Shown: one piece after another, positions 37,305 to 49,014 of the stretch | How the letters are laid out: each line of letters begins with the position of its first letter | How positions within the stretch are numbered: position 1 is the stretch's first letter | Source: Amoebophrya sp. A120 | Taxonomy: Eukaryota > Protista > Dinoflagellata | Assembly: GCA_905178155.1 (NCBI GenBank) | Contig: CAJINV010000014.1 | Span: 964,116-1,028,115, forward strand | Length of the DNA: 64,000 bases | Direction: 5' to 3' | Notes under the pieces: generated by a model | Seen by the model: the letters and a program-made list of their open reading frames with translations, nothing else | Told to the model about the DNA's origin: nothing | Database searches by the model: none | Position numbers and translations under genes: made by a program

Positions 37305-38841
37305 AGGCGCGCTGGTGTCGCAAACTAAAAGAGCGCGGGCAAGTATTGAAATAACTTAAACCAATACTAATGGTTTGAGTTATTTCAGTACTTGCGCGGG
37401 TTCGGATTGGTTTGGCTTTGGAGGCGGTGCCATCAACTTGGCACCGCCTCAAAATCAAGCCGAACCCGCATGGTATGCCCAATCCAAAGGGAGGCCGGTG
37501 CCACGCACACGATAAAAAAAAAGAGTAAGTATATACACGCTTTTTATTATATTTAAAAACCCAATGGCACCCAGAAGCGAAGGACGGCGCTACGGTGGCG
37601 GTGCCACCCGGATGGCACCGGGTGGCGCCGGTTTGCTGAGTCGAGGTTTTTGACGCGAAACAGCATGCCACGGATGTGGTTTGCTGTGACGGCGAGCCGG
37701 GTCGCAATTTTGCGCGATGCGGCGCGCTTTTTTGCCTTTATGCGTGAGTGCGTCACAACTCTGAAAATTCTGCAGCAGAGAGGCGCTCGTAGCACGCTAT
37801 GGGCGCTTCTTTGCTGCAGAATCTTGAAGCGGCCTCGAGGTTCGCCAAACCCTTCTTCAGGCTCAAGATAGAACGGAGCGCAAGGGGGAAGAAGAGGAAA
37901 AGCGCGAAAAAGTATTGAAGTAGGCGAGGGGAATACTCATGGCGCCTCCGCCCCTCTTGGCGAATAAAAGGGAAAAGGGGCGCAGGACCACGGTGGGCGT
38001 GCGGCGTTGATATGCCGTCCCTGCCGGCGCGCGACCTCAAGATGCCTCCGCGGGCTTACTCCTTGCCGGCGCGTGGCCTTCTAGGCGCCCAACGTGCGCG
38101 AGACACGGCCCGCGCCACTAAACCTTGGGCCTGCGCACCTTGTAGCCCTTAGTATTGCTCTGCGCTATTTTAATACTTTGGCTCGCGTTCCTCTCGTTCT
38201 GCCTGCTTCGCCGCCTTGGTGCCAATCCCCCGGGGCCCCTGTCCCAATGTGGCAGCGGGCGGGCGGGGGAACGCAGCCCCCCCCCACCTTCGGAGCACCC
38301 ATTGGGGATCGCCTGCACCAATCGGAAAGCCCTGCAGTTCCTTGGCAGTGCGGTTTCACCTCAGCGGGGCCCCTGTCCCAATGACGGCTCCCCCACGGCA
38401 GGGCACTCCTGGCAAGCCTGCTCTGGGAGTGGGGAAACATTGGGACAGGGGCCCCAAGGGAGTGACACCGGGCCAAAAGATCCCCAAGCGCGGCGACGTC
38501 GCCAGCCCTCGCCCCCTAGCGGGGCGGGGGGCGCAGCGCCTCCTTGCTTGGGGGCACCCATTGGGACAGGGGCCCCATCGCGTTGGCACCGCCAGCACGC
38601 CTTGGAAAGCAAAGCCCAGAGGCTCGGCGTGCCCCGCCATATGTCAAGCCTGTTCCAGTATTGACTCAGTGCAAGGCAATACTGGCACGCCCTACGCCGG
38701 CGTTTCCGTCTGGGAGTCCAGCCGGAAAGGCATTGGGCAGGCATCCTCAGCGCCCTTCCGGCTAGAATTGCACTGAGAGGGCGCCTGCAGCTGGAACTCC
38801 AGCGGAGGGCGCCCCCTCGGTGCATTTCTAGCCGCAAACAC

Positions 38842-39911
38842 AGCAGGGAGGCCAACTGCTCACGCAGCCGGAAACGGTCGCGCTGTCGGATGAGTATTGA
38901 TTTACTTTAAATCAATACTAATGCGCAGCGCTGCATTACAAATTTGCAAAGCAGCATGGCAAATTTGCAATGCAAGTCCAGACCTGCGGCCCCGCGTTGC
39001 AAATTTGCAATGCTGCAGTACAAATTTGCAATGCAGCATTGCAAATCTGCAATGCAAGTCCAGACGGCGGGCGGCGACTCGGGCTGATTTGTGTTGCATG
39101 AGCAGGGAGGCCAACTGGTCACGCAGCCGGAAACGGTTGCACTGCGGGGCGAGTATTGCCGTGCTTTAAATCAATACTAATTTGCAATGCTGCACTAAAG
39201 CAGCACGGCAAATTCGCAATGCAAGTCCAGACCTGCGACCCCGCGTGGCAAATTTGCATTGCTGCGTTACAAATTTGCAATGCAGAATTACAAATTTGCA
39301 ATGCAAGTCCAGACGGGGGGCGGCGACTCGGGCTGATTTGTGTTGCATGAGCAGGGAGGCCAGCTGGTTACGCAGCCGGAAACGGTTGCACTGCTGGACG
39401 AGTATTGATTTCCTTTACATCAATACTAATTCGCAATGCTGCATTACAAATTTGCAAAGCAGCATGGCAAATTCGCAATGCAGGCCCAGACCTGCGACCC
39501 CGCGTCGCAAATTTGCAATGCTGCCTTGCAAATTTGCGCTGCTGCGTTACAAATTTGCAACGCAGCATTGCAAATTTACAATACAAGGCCAGACGGCGGG
39601 CGGCGACTCGGGCCGATTTGTGTTGCATGAGCAAGGAGGCCAGCTGGTGCCGGAAGCGGTTGCACTGCTGGGCGAGTATTGGTTTACTTTAAATCAATAC
39701 TAATTCGCAGCGCTGCATTACAAATTTGCAAAGCAGCATGGCAAATTCGCAATGCAGGTCCAGACCTGCGACCCCGCATTGCAAATTTGTAGTGCTGCAT
39801 TACAAATTTGCAATGCAGCATTGCAAATTTACAATGCAAGGCCAGACGGCGGGCGGCGATCCCGTGCGAACTTGCAGTACAAATCGGCCCCCGGGCTGAT
39901 TTGTGTTGCAT
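38842..39911 (+). repeat. tandem satellite, 4 units of ~250-280 bp, rich in CAAATTTGCAATGC
   Basis: Unit starts (AGCAGGGAGGCCA-like) at ~38842, 39101, 39350 and 39630. Confidence 0.9.
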
Positions 39912-40489
39912 GTTCGGACGGGATCTAGGTTTGCACTTGGGGGGCGCGTTGTATCACTTGGCTCGTTTAGGCTCCGGACCGAAGGCATTTCCGACCTGTG
40001 CTCGGAAATACCTTCGATCCGGCACCTAAAAGGACTACCAGCTGTTTCCCCAAAAGAACCAGTGGCTCTGGCGGTACTGCCAGAGCAATGGTTCCTTTGG
40101 GGAAACAGCTTGCAATCCGGCACCCAGAGGAGCCGCGGTCTCCGGCAGTACTTGCGGAAAAGTATTGGCCCAATTTGGGCCAATACTAAAAAGACGTGAA
40201 AACGCGCCGCATACGCGATGCAGATCAGCCCTCCTGGGCGAATTTGCATCTCCGACAAGACGCGTTGCTGCGAGTCCATTTTCAGTGCGGTTTTGCACTG
40301 CAAATCGACTCGCCCCGCGGAAGCCCGGCCGCAACGGATAACTTTTTTCAGAAATGCGAAGCGTCGGACTTCATTTTGTCCGACGTTTCGAATTTCTGAA
40401 AAAGTTTATTCGTTTCAGACGGGCAATCCGTTTTTCGCGTTTTCGCGTCGATTTCCAGGCGATTCGTTTCAGTCTTCCGTTTCACCCCT

Positions 40490-41008
40490 GTCGCATTTTT
40501 GCATGTAGTGGCCTTCCAAAATTGCATTTTCTCGCGTGGTTGTCAGCCCAAAATTAGATATTTGTGCATGACAGCTGACCAAAATCGCATTTTCTTTGGT
40601 GATGGATGGCGACAGTCATATTTTCCCACAAGGTGGCTGGCCAAAATTGCATTTTCTTGTTTGGTGGCCAGCGAAAATTGAATTTTCTCCCACTGTGGTT
40701 GATTAAAGTTGCAAAATATTGGGCATTGGCCCACCAAAATCGCATTTTCGTGTCTATTGTCCAGCAAAAATTGCATTTTTTCGCTTCGAAGGCAGCCAAA
40801 AGTGCACTTTCTTGGGTAGTGGCCAGCCAAAGTCGCATTTTGCCGCAAGATGGCCGACAAAAGTCACATTTTCTCTTGTATTGGCCGGCCAAAGTTGCAC
40901 TTTCTCATGTGGTGGCCGGCCAAAATCGTATTTTTTCGCATTGTGGCCAGCCAGAGTTACAAAATCTCACACACTGACCGGCCAAAGTTGCAAAATTTTC
41001 TTCCTGTA
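40490..41008 (+). repeat. degenerate 31-bp minisatellite, same family as 36540-36900
   Basis: Same consensus and period. It is interrupted by the YR element, and one further unit follows at 48918. Confidence 0.85.
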
Positions 41009-41403
41009 GTTCTATTGTATCAGCATCACACTTCTACACTGGGAATCACTTTACTACACTGGAGACATATGCGGCCGTCTGGTCATATGAATCGCCGAGC
41101 GCAAACGCGCGCTGCCGAGAGCCATCGGGCAGCAAGCGCCGATCTTTTCCGCCGGAAATCGGGTGGGGTGGCCCGCTCAAACAAACCCCTCTTGCCAACG
41201 CATAGAAAGCCAATCGGCGTGCCTTCCGATGACACACGACGCGCGCGATGCGCTAGGTGAGAGTGCAGGCTGCGAATGAGCACGGCACTCAGCCTGCTAA
41301 CGGTCACACAATCTCCACAACTGCGTCTGCAGATCATCTCTTTCCAGAAAAAAACAGGCACAAAAAAACACATCTTCACACAGCGAGACCCTTTTTTTAC
41401 AAT

Positions 41404-43710
41404 CTACACAAGGTCGCCATCCGACGAGACGTTTCCACTTTCCCAGTTTTCAGCCATCACATGCGCAAGGTGTTCTACACTACTGGACACAGTCCCTTGC
41501 AATATTTGCAAGAAGTACTCATCCATCCCGAAACCCTCTACAAACTCTCCAAACAGGGACGGGAAAACCCGCAGCAGGACCGCCATTCTCTCATCCCGTG
41601 TCGGGTAGTCCGCCAGGTTGTAACCTGGCGGCACCCTCGTCGTCCACGGCTTCATGTCGCTCCGTGCGACTTCCTTCCAGAACTCTGCACGCAATCTGGT
41701 GTAAATCCACATCTGCTTCCCGCTTTTCCCCTGCTGCAGGAGGGTTTCCTGAGCACGCACGTTGTCTATCGCGTGGTCGAATCTACGACCTTTTCACTGC
41801 TCCCGATAAAACTTGATCGCCAGCGGCGCCGCCGCAGTTTCCAACATGTTGATGGGGTATCTGCGGCAGTCCTCATGCAGAAGTGCTGCCCAGCACTTCT
41901 GCCTCACACACCTGAACACGCCACTCTGCACAATTACTGCCGCAATAACCCCGTGCTTGTCCGACCACTGCGCGTCCGAGTAGAGAAGCAGGCTCTTCTG
42001 CTCTCCTTTTTCAAAAACCACGCTCCTCTGCAGCGGCATGCCCATCACATTTTGCACCGCATGCAACGCGTTCTTCACCGCCTCTGACGCGACCCTCTCC
42101 TCCTTATCCAGGTGCTGACGGATGGGTTTGAGGAGAGGACTTAACGACCTGTCTGCTATCGCCGCCAACACAAAGGTCAATCTCCCTACCAGTGTGCTAG
42201 CTTCCGATGTTTCCAGGATGAGCGACGCAATCGCAGCATCGCATGCCGTGCAGATCTGACTGCTCCTTCTTCGCCTGCGTCACTGCTACTGTGGGTTTTC
42301 CCGACCTGACATCAAACAACAGCCCAAGCACCTCCAAAAGGTCCGCCGCCTTGACCTTGTCACGCATGGCCGGGAGCCCACAAAGCTCCAAAAACTCCAG
42401 CAGCATCGTCCTGACCAGCTGCCCCAAGCCCTTCGCGACGAAGTTGGGGTAGTCGTCCACGTAGTCGTCGCTGTTGATCAGGTAGTGCTTTCTCAGCACT
42501 GACCTGATCAACTTCCCCGGCCGGCACCAGCCGGTCACGCTGTGTCTGCTGCCGAAAATGGCAGACACAGCTTGAAATCGGAAATACTTCTTCTCTTCCA
42601 GGTTGTAGGCCAAAGCACTATTGTATTTCCTGTGCTCCATTTTCACCATCAGGCTGTTGTAGCACTTTGCGATGTCTAAAAGTACTACTTCCAACTCGTT
42701 GATCGCCGTGCTGATCACACGTCTTACTTTCCTGTTGCTGCACACGCCGGCGTCGAGCGAGGGTTTTTTTGCATACACTGGACACTGCACGCCCGTCTTC
42801 ATCAGCTCTGGACTGATTGCTGGTAGTTCTCCTTTCACATACTGCGCAAATTCTTTTTCAAACTTCTTCTCCGCTGCTCTGCACCTCTGCAACACCTTGC
42901 GCGAGTGTTTGATGATTTTCCGTCCCGCCAGACTCGGGTCCGCCGCAACCGACGCGCTCACAAGTATGTCCAGCGGTGTGGGGATCGGTGCCCTTTTGTC
43001 AAGCGGAGAGCAGGAGTTGGCCGACACCGCCGGGTCGATCATTCTCACCTTGGTGGTTTGATGCCTTGGGAACCTCCTGTACGCAAAAAACGCCTTCTCC
43101 TGCTCCTCCTTGTTCGTGACAATGTCGTCTCCGATCGGGAAGGGCCCCTCCAACAGGGCGTATCCTAATTCCTTCACAATTTCCGTTTCCTGCATACACC
43201 GATCCCAGACTAACTTGATGTCACTGTCTCCCCACGCGGGTTTTTTGTGCACGCCGCGTAGCACACTCTTCACAGCGGCGCTTGGTTCATACTCTTCTAC
43301 ACACTTGCTCATCTTATCTCTTTTAGTTTTCTTCTCGGCGACCATGTTTCATCTACTTCACACTTGCCGATCATCGATAATCCTTCCAACCACACCGACC
43401 ATGCCCGCGGGTCGGTCGGGTGGAACTTTTCCCCGAGCAGCTCCCAGAAACCCAAGCTCTGACAGACTTTGGGTCTTCGCAGTTCTACTGGCACCTGTTC
43501 GTGCAATTCCTTGGACCTCTCCTTTGTGGCTTCGTGCCACTCTTTGATGCGTGCGTGCTTCTCTTTCAGCCCTTCTTCTGTCAGTAAAGACGGGTCCGGG
43601 AGGTGCGGCGCCACCTCGAAGGGGTGCTCACGAAGAGCGTCCACCTCCACTCTCTTGAGCACATTATGTACTTCTTCTTCTGTAGGTAACTTCATGTCTG
43701 GAGAAAACAA
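41404..43710 (-). pseudogene. DIRS-type reverse transcriptase-RNase H, frameshifted
   Basis: RT motifs KVRMID, LLDIAKCYNSL, AIFGSRHS, YVDDY and LEVLGLLFD. RNase H motifs LYSDA, INMLETAA and NLADYPTR. The reading frame is split over four ORFs. Confidence 0.88.
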
Positions 43711-44416
43711 TTCTCCGTAGTGATTCTACATGATGTGGGCGAATAGTCTTACACAAACGCAGCTTGCAGTGAATGCGCGTGGCCATTTTGTCTTCTCTTT
43801 TTTTTATAAACCGACTTTGCCCCTGCAATTGCACGAGTTTGTCATGCCGATTTGCAACTTTTGCTTATTCAGTTTGCATTTCTTCTTGTTTGCCACACCG
43901 AAGAGCGCTTGCGCTTCTCGCACACAACAACCGACGCTGAAGACTTCCTGACTTTACACTGCGCTGTGCTGACACGCGTCTTACTTTACATTTTTTTGAA
44001 CGCACAAGGAGAGCCAAATAAACAGGCACGAGTGCTACTGAGCTTTTCCTTTCGCGTGATAATTTCAGCCAGTTCCTGTGCATTCGTCATGTGCTGACTC
44101 CAGCAAATCTCGGTCTGTCGAGTAGCAGTCGCCAAAAGATGTGTTCATATCATGTCCTCCTTTTCAAAAATTCATTAAATGAACGCAAGGCAAACTGTGA
44201 TCCTTGTTGCAAGGCAAAAAATACAATTTGAAACAACATAACTTTCTATGCGCGACAGCCACTGCGCCTTTTCCAATCTAACACTTTACTTTATAGCTTT
44301 CATTTTCACAGACAAATATATTCCTTAACTTTGACACTATTTCAAAATAAGACACAGTGACTGCCACGCAAACAAAAAGACACAACACGCAGGCCTTCCA
44401 GCCCTGCGCGTCACAC

Positions 44417-45908
44417 TCAGACCTCCACACACCACTCCTCAAGCGCGGTGTCGGTGAACTTGTGGCCGAGCTTCCCCTTTTTGATGTTCGCAAAATCCTC
44501 GGCCGTCAAGTCGCCCTTCTTGGGGTGCTTGAAAATACAGCTGTCGCCCTTGTCGCATTTCCCCTTGTTGGCCATGTAGGTGCGACACAACGGCTGCAAG
44601 TTCTGCTTCTTTCCTTTTCCCTTACCTGAAAGTGGGTTTTTTCCATGATTATCTGCAATTTGTGTCGCGCAAAGTCTCCTTCTTCATGATCTGCATTAAC
44701 ACGGTGGTGAGCTCTACTGTCTTGCATGAAGCGAGGACTCAAACTACAACTACGTGCGTCAGTGCACCAGTGGAGTGTCCGCAGCGTGCCACTAAGGCAG
44801 CGCGCGCAGGACTACAACGCGCTCACCATTATCATGCGTGGCGAGGGTCTACTTGCATGCGTGGACTGCTAACAAATACGATGCCAGCCTTTGTCTCCTC
44901 CTTTCTTGCGCCACTCCGCCTGGTACGAGGTGGCCTCCTCGACCTTCTGCTTCAGCGCCTGCAGCGCATCTTTCTCCTTCTTCAACTCCTTCAACGCCTC
45001 CTGGATGTTCGCATTGGCCTCCTTGGCCACCTCCTTGGTCTGTTCCGCCACCTGCTTGACACGGGTCAGCTCCTCCTGCCAGATGCGGTTGAGTCTCTGC
45101 TCCCCGAAAAACAACCGGAGCCGTTGCTCGTAGTTGGTGCCTGCCTGCACCGCGTCAGAGGTGACCGCCTCGGTCTTGTGCAACACGCCTCCGAAGACCT
45201 TATCCGCGGCTTCCTGCGAGATGGTGGCTTTACAGAGCATGTAGTTATTCAAAATCTGGCTCCTCCGGTCCTCGGTCAAAATGGGGCCCCTGTCCCTGTG
45301 GGTCTTCGCCGCCATGGCAAACAACAGCGTCGTGACGGAGTACGCCGGCTTCGCCGCATTTCCCTCGGCATCTAGTCCTGTCTTCCACTGCTGACCTGAT
45401 ATCAGTGCGATTTTACATGTATGCTCATCTTTCTTGCCATGACACATCAGTAACATTTTTTCTTCCCTACAGAGTCGATATGCATGCCGGCACTCTAGCT
45501 TGCTTACACGAGCAAAATATGCAGATTTTCACGCAAGTGCCTACTTTCAAAATGTGATGCTTTTTTACCCTTTTCCCACAAACTCCGTCCGATGCAGTCT
45601 TTGCTCGCCGCCTCAAACTGTTTCTTTCCTTGCCGCAGCTCGGGCATGGGGGTGGTGAGGGCCTGATACGCCGCAGCAACTTGCGCTTCCTGTCCCGCAA
45701 TGAAGTCCACCAGCCTGCGTCCTTCTTCCACTGGCAGCATGCCAGCTGCCGCAGCACCTGTAGGTGATGAGCAAATTCTTTCTTTTACATGACGACGCAA
45801 CTACAAATGTCTCGATCCTGCTAGTGACTCAACAAACAATCAGGAAAAAGCTTTGCCTGCGGCTGCGGCGGCACCAGCGCCGGCAGCAGCAGCTCCTCCA
45901 TCGGCCAT
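44417..45908 (-). CDS. gag-like protein (coiled coil plus CCCH zinc finger), apparently spliced
   Basis: Exons ~45908-45857, 45757-45569, ~45461-44889 and 44625-44417. Zinc finger CRTYMANKGKCDKGDSCIFKH (C-x9-C-x5-C-x3-H). Confidence 0.6.
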
Positions 45909-46177
45909 TTTGACAGTTGTGTTTTTTTCAGAGGTGTCTCTCGGGAAATTTTCCTACGGTTTTGATTTTTTTTTTTGGAAATTGACGCAACGCAGCACAC
46001 ATTTTTGCATTTCTATGCACACGCCGCTGCTGGGACTTTGCAAGCTTCTGGCTGAGCACTAGCTTCTGCACGATCAGACAGCCATGTGGCATGGATCAAA
46101 CAGTCTTCACATTTTGTCTTCAACAAAAAACACTGCACACAGCGTCACTCTGTACATATTTTCTCTAGTTTCTTTAT

Positions 46178-47611
46178 TTACACACCTGCATACACAAGGT
46201 CCACGAGCGAGCTTTTACTGACAAAGGGAATTGACCGCATATAATACATCAACGTCTGTAAATTACTCCAACGACAATGCGCCACGATTCTAACTGGGTC
46301 AAGCTGGTTCAAGTACAGGCGTGTCGCGGGTCCGATCCTCCAGCTGTGGCTGGCCACGTTTTCTTCTGTCGTAAAAATTTCTTTCATGATTTTGGCAACA
46401 TCCAAGTCTTGCTTGCTCAACGTGGGGAGAATGCTACGAAATTTGCACACACAAAACTCCTCGGGGTAGTCTATTTTCTTCAACTGTTCGCATACACACG
46501 CGATTCTTACAAGCGAATAACTGTTAACTTTGTTTTGTCGATGCTTCTATCTTGGAAGTTTAGCGCAAGACCTCTTCCATGGTGCTTCAGACTTATCAAA
46601 CCTTTGTCGCCTGTGAAGCTCGTGTCCAGTTTGGCGCACTCGCTCTTCCTCAGGGCTCCGTAAAAACTCATCAGTAGTGCCACTGCTTGCTTGTAATCTA
46701 GCTCTCCCATTCTGTAATATGTCATGATGTGCGCAGTTGTCAGTGGGGATTTTTGTTTCTTTCTACCTAAGAAACCGCGCCGCACAAGCGGCGCTAGTTC
46801 TTTATTTATAATTTCTTTCTCTTCACACGTCAGCTCACACCTCTGGTCGTTTAACACGTCTGCCACTGCTGGCTTCACACTCAAATACCCCGCTGCCAAG
46901 CTAGTACCTATAAACATGCGCACAGACCTGAAGGTCCATGGCTTCGGGGGTAGTTCTACAGCGATTTTCAGATATCTAGCCAGCCGAGAGGCTCTGTTTT
47001 CATCTGCTTTCTTTGTAGATGCCATTTCGTTCAAATTCCTCACCGCATCCTGCAGGAGACCCGGGTCCCTGGCGATGTCCAGCGCCAAAGCCGTCTTGGA
47101 CTGGGCTTCCTTCTTTTCCACCGCTGTCCTGGCCGCAAAGACCTGCTCCGCGACCTCCTGTCCTTCCCTCATCCGTGCTGCAAACAGTTCCACCGGTATG
47201 TCCGTGCTCTCCGACCGCGTGAGCGGGCTGTCGCTCTTCCTGTACCACGAGAATTGCTTCGTGCCATCCGGGAAAATTTTCTCTACAAACCTGAGCCTCG
47301 CTAGCTCCTTGCTGAGATGCCACTGCTGCGCTTGATTCAAATACAACACACCCAAGTGCTGGGACTGCGGTGTTGGTTCTTCCAACTGCTTATGCGTAAA
47401 AAGATTCTTCGGTAAGGTTTTTGACTCGTGCAACATGCTGGCTGGTAATCTTTTCCCTTCCTCCGCGAATTTTCTCACAGTCTGCTCTGCCGCTTTTTCC
47501 CCTAGCGTCTTCTTGAGGTTGTCACACGTGCTCACGTTGGCCTTGGCCTGCTCTTCCATCTCCGCCTTCAACTCGGCCCAGAGATCATCTCCATTTTCTA
47601 CAAACTCCATG
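46178..47611 (-). pseudogene. tyrosine recombinase of the retrotransposon, one frameshift near 46510
   Basis: Motifs FYGALRKSE (catalytic R), CVC...CVC, HSWRIG and RWSNLQTLMYY. Confidence 0.88.
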
Positions 47612-49014
47612 GCGTGGGTGGGTGGGAAGAAAAAGCGCACGAGACGCTGACTCCACGGTCCAGCTACCCTTTCTATTTTGCTACAGCTACTCAATTTTTT
47701 ACAAATACACATATTTTTCCACATTTCGACCGGTGAGCTGCTCCACTAGAAGCGCCGATCTCGTCCCTCGCCTGGTATTCTATTGCATCAGCGTCACATT
47801 TCTACACTGGGAATCACTTTACTACACTGGAGACATATGTGGCCGTCTGGTCCTATGAATCGCCGAGCGCAAACGCGCGCTGCCGAGAGCCATCGGGCAG
47901 CAAGCGCCGATCTTTTCCGCCGGAAATCGGGTGGGGTGGCCCTTTTTCCACCTCGCTCTCACTCGGAGAGGGTGCCGGCTGAGGCACATCACCAACACAC
48001 CCCACCGCGCTCGACGATGAGTGCGTGAGGAGTCTGCAACTCGCGCTCTTTTTCTTTCTGCATTTCCCTGCTCCTGTTTCCGCTTACACACTCAGAAGTG
48101 GCATGGCGTGTGTCTACATGATCCTTGTCCGACGCGAAGCGCTGCTGCACAGGCAAGCCTGCGTAGCAGCACTCCGAGGTCGGTCGCATCCGGGCGAGCC
48201 CTTCTGCAACCTACCTGGCTGAACACCAACTGGAGCGAGCCGCCAGCGGGGTGATCACTACCGGAGTAGCGAACGACCGGCCCACTGTGCAGCAGCGCTT
48301 ACGCCGACGAGGCTGAGTGCCATCCTAGCTCAAACCTCTTTGCCACAGATAGCTTGCATTCGACATACTGCATGTTTACCAGTGCCAACACGGCCGAAGC
48401 CTTTCTTCGCTTTGCCATCATCAAGTTGCTCCTGCGAGCTTTTGCCAACTAATACCAGCGCGCACTTGCGTGCTGTCACCTTTTTGCCAACTGTGCCAGC
48501 GTGCTCCTAAGAGCTTCCAACATGCCGCTACGCGCAGCTCTTGCCGACTATCTCCGCTGTCTTTCCTACTTGCCAATATGCCGCTTCTGATAAGCAAAGT
48601 CCGGCGCAGATACTGCCACTTCCACTTCCAACTGCGATTCTACATGCACATCGGACAAAGCGAACCAGAGCCGCTCCCTCCGTGCGGCTACGCACACAGA
48701 AATCCAACAAAGTGGAGGGCACGACGCCTGCTGTGGGCACGGTCGGCGAAACCGTGAGACCAGAAAGAAAAAGCGCGCGAGACGCTGACTCCACGGCCCA
48801 GCTACCCTTTCTATTTTGCTACAGCTACTTAATTTTTTACAAATGCACACACTTTTCCACATTTCGACCGGTGAGCTGCTCCACTAGAAGCGCCGATCTC
48901 GTCCCTCGCCTGGTATGGCTAAAGTTGCAAAGTGTGGCCTATTTAGAAAGAAAAGTAGCAATATTATGCGCATTTGCATACGAATGCTGTGCGATCAGGC
49001 CACGCAAGGCGCAT

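Larger units (their letters stand above)
41009..48917 (-). mobile_element. tyrosine-recombinase (DIRS-order, Ngaro/PAT-like) retrotransposon with split direct repeats, decayed
   Basis: Repeat X at ~41010-41174 and ~47778-47942; repeat Y at ~47627-47777 and ~48766-48917. Internal YR, gag-like, RT and RNase H coding regions. No TSD. Confidence 0.9.

Noticed and set aside
36540-41008. CRISPR-like periodic repeats
   Set aside because: They are degenerate tandem units without unique spacers, there are no cas genes, and the context is eukaryotic.
46484-46510. 27-nt GT-AG mini-intron in YR
   Set aside because: It would delete the IACVC segment that pairs with the downstream CVC. A simple frameshift in a decayed copy is more parsimonious.
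46178-47611. The YR as the enzyme mobilising introners
   Set aside because: TIRs with 5-bp TSDs point to a DDE-type enzyme. This YR belongs to the retroelement and is frameshifted.
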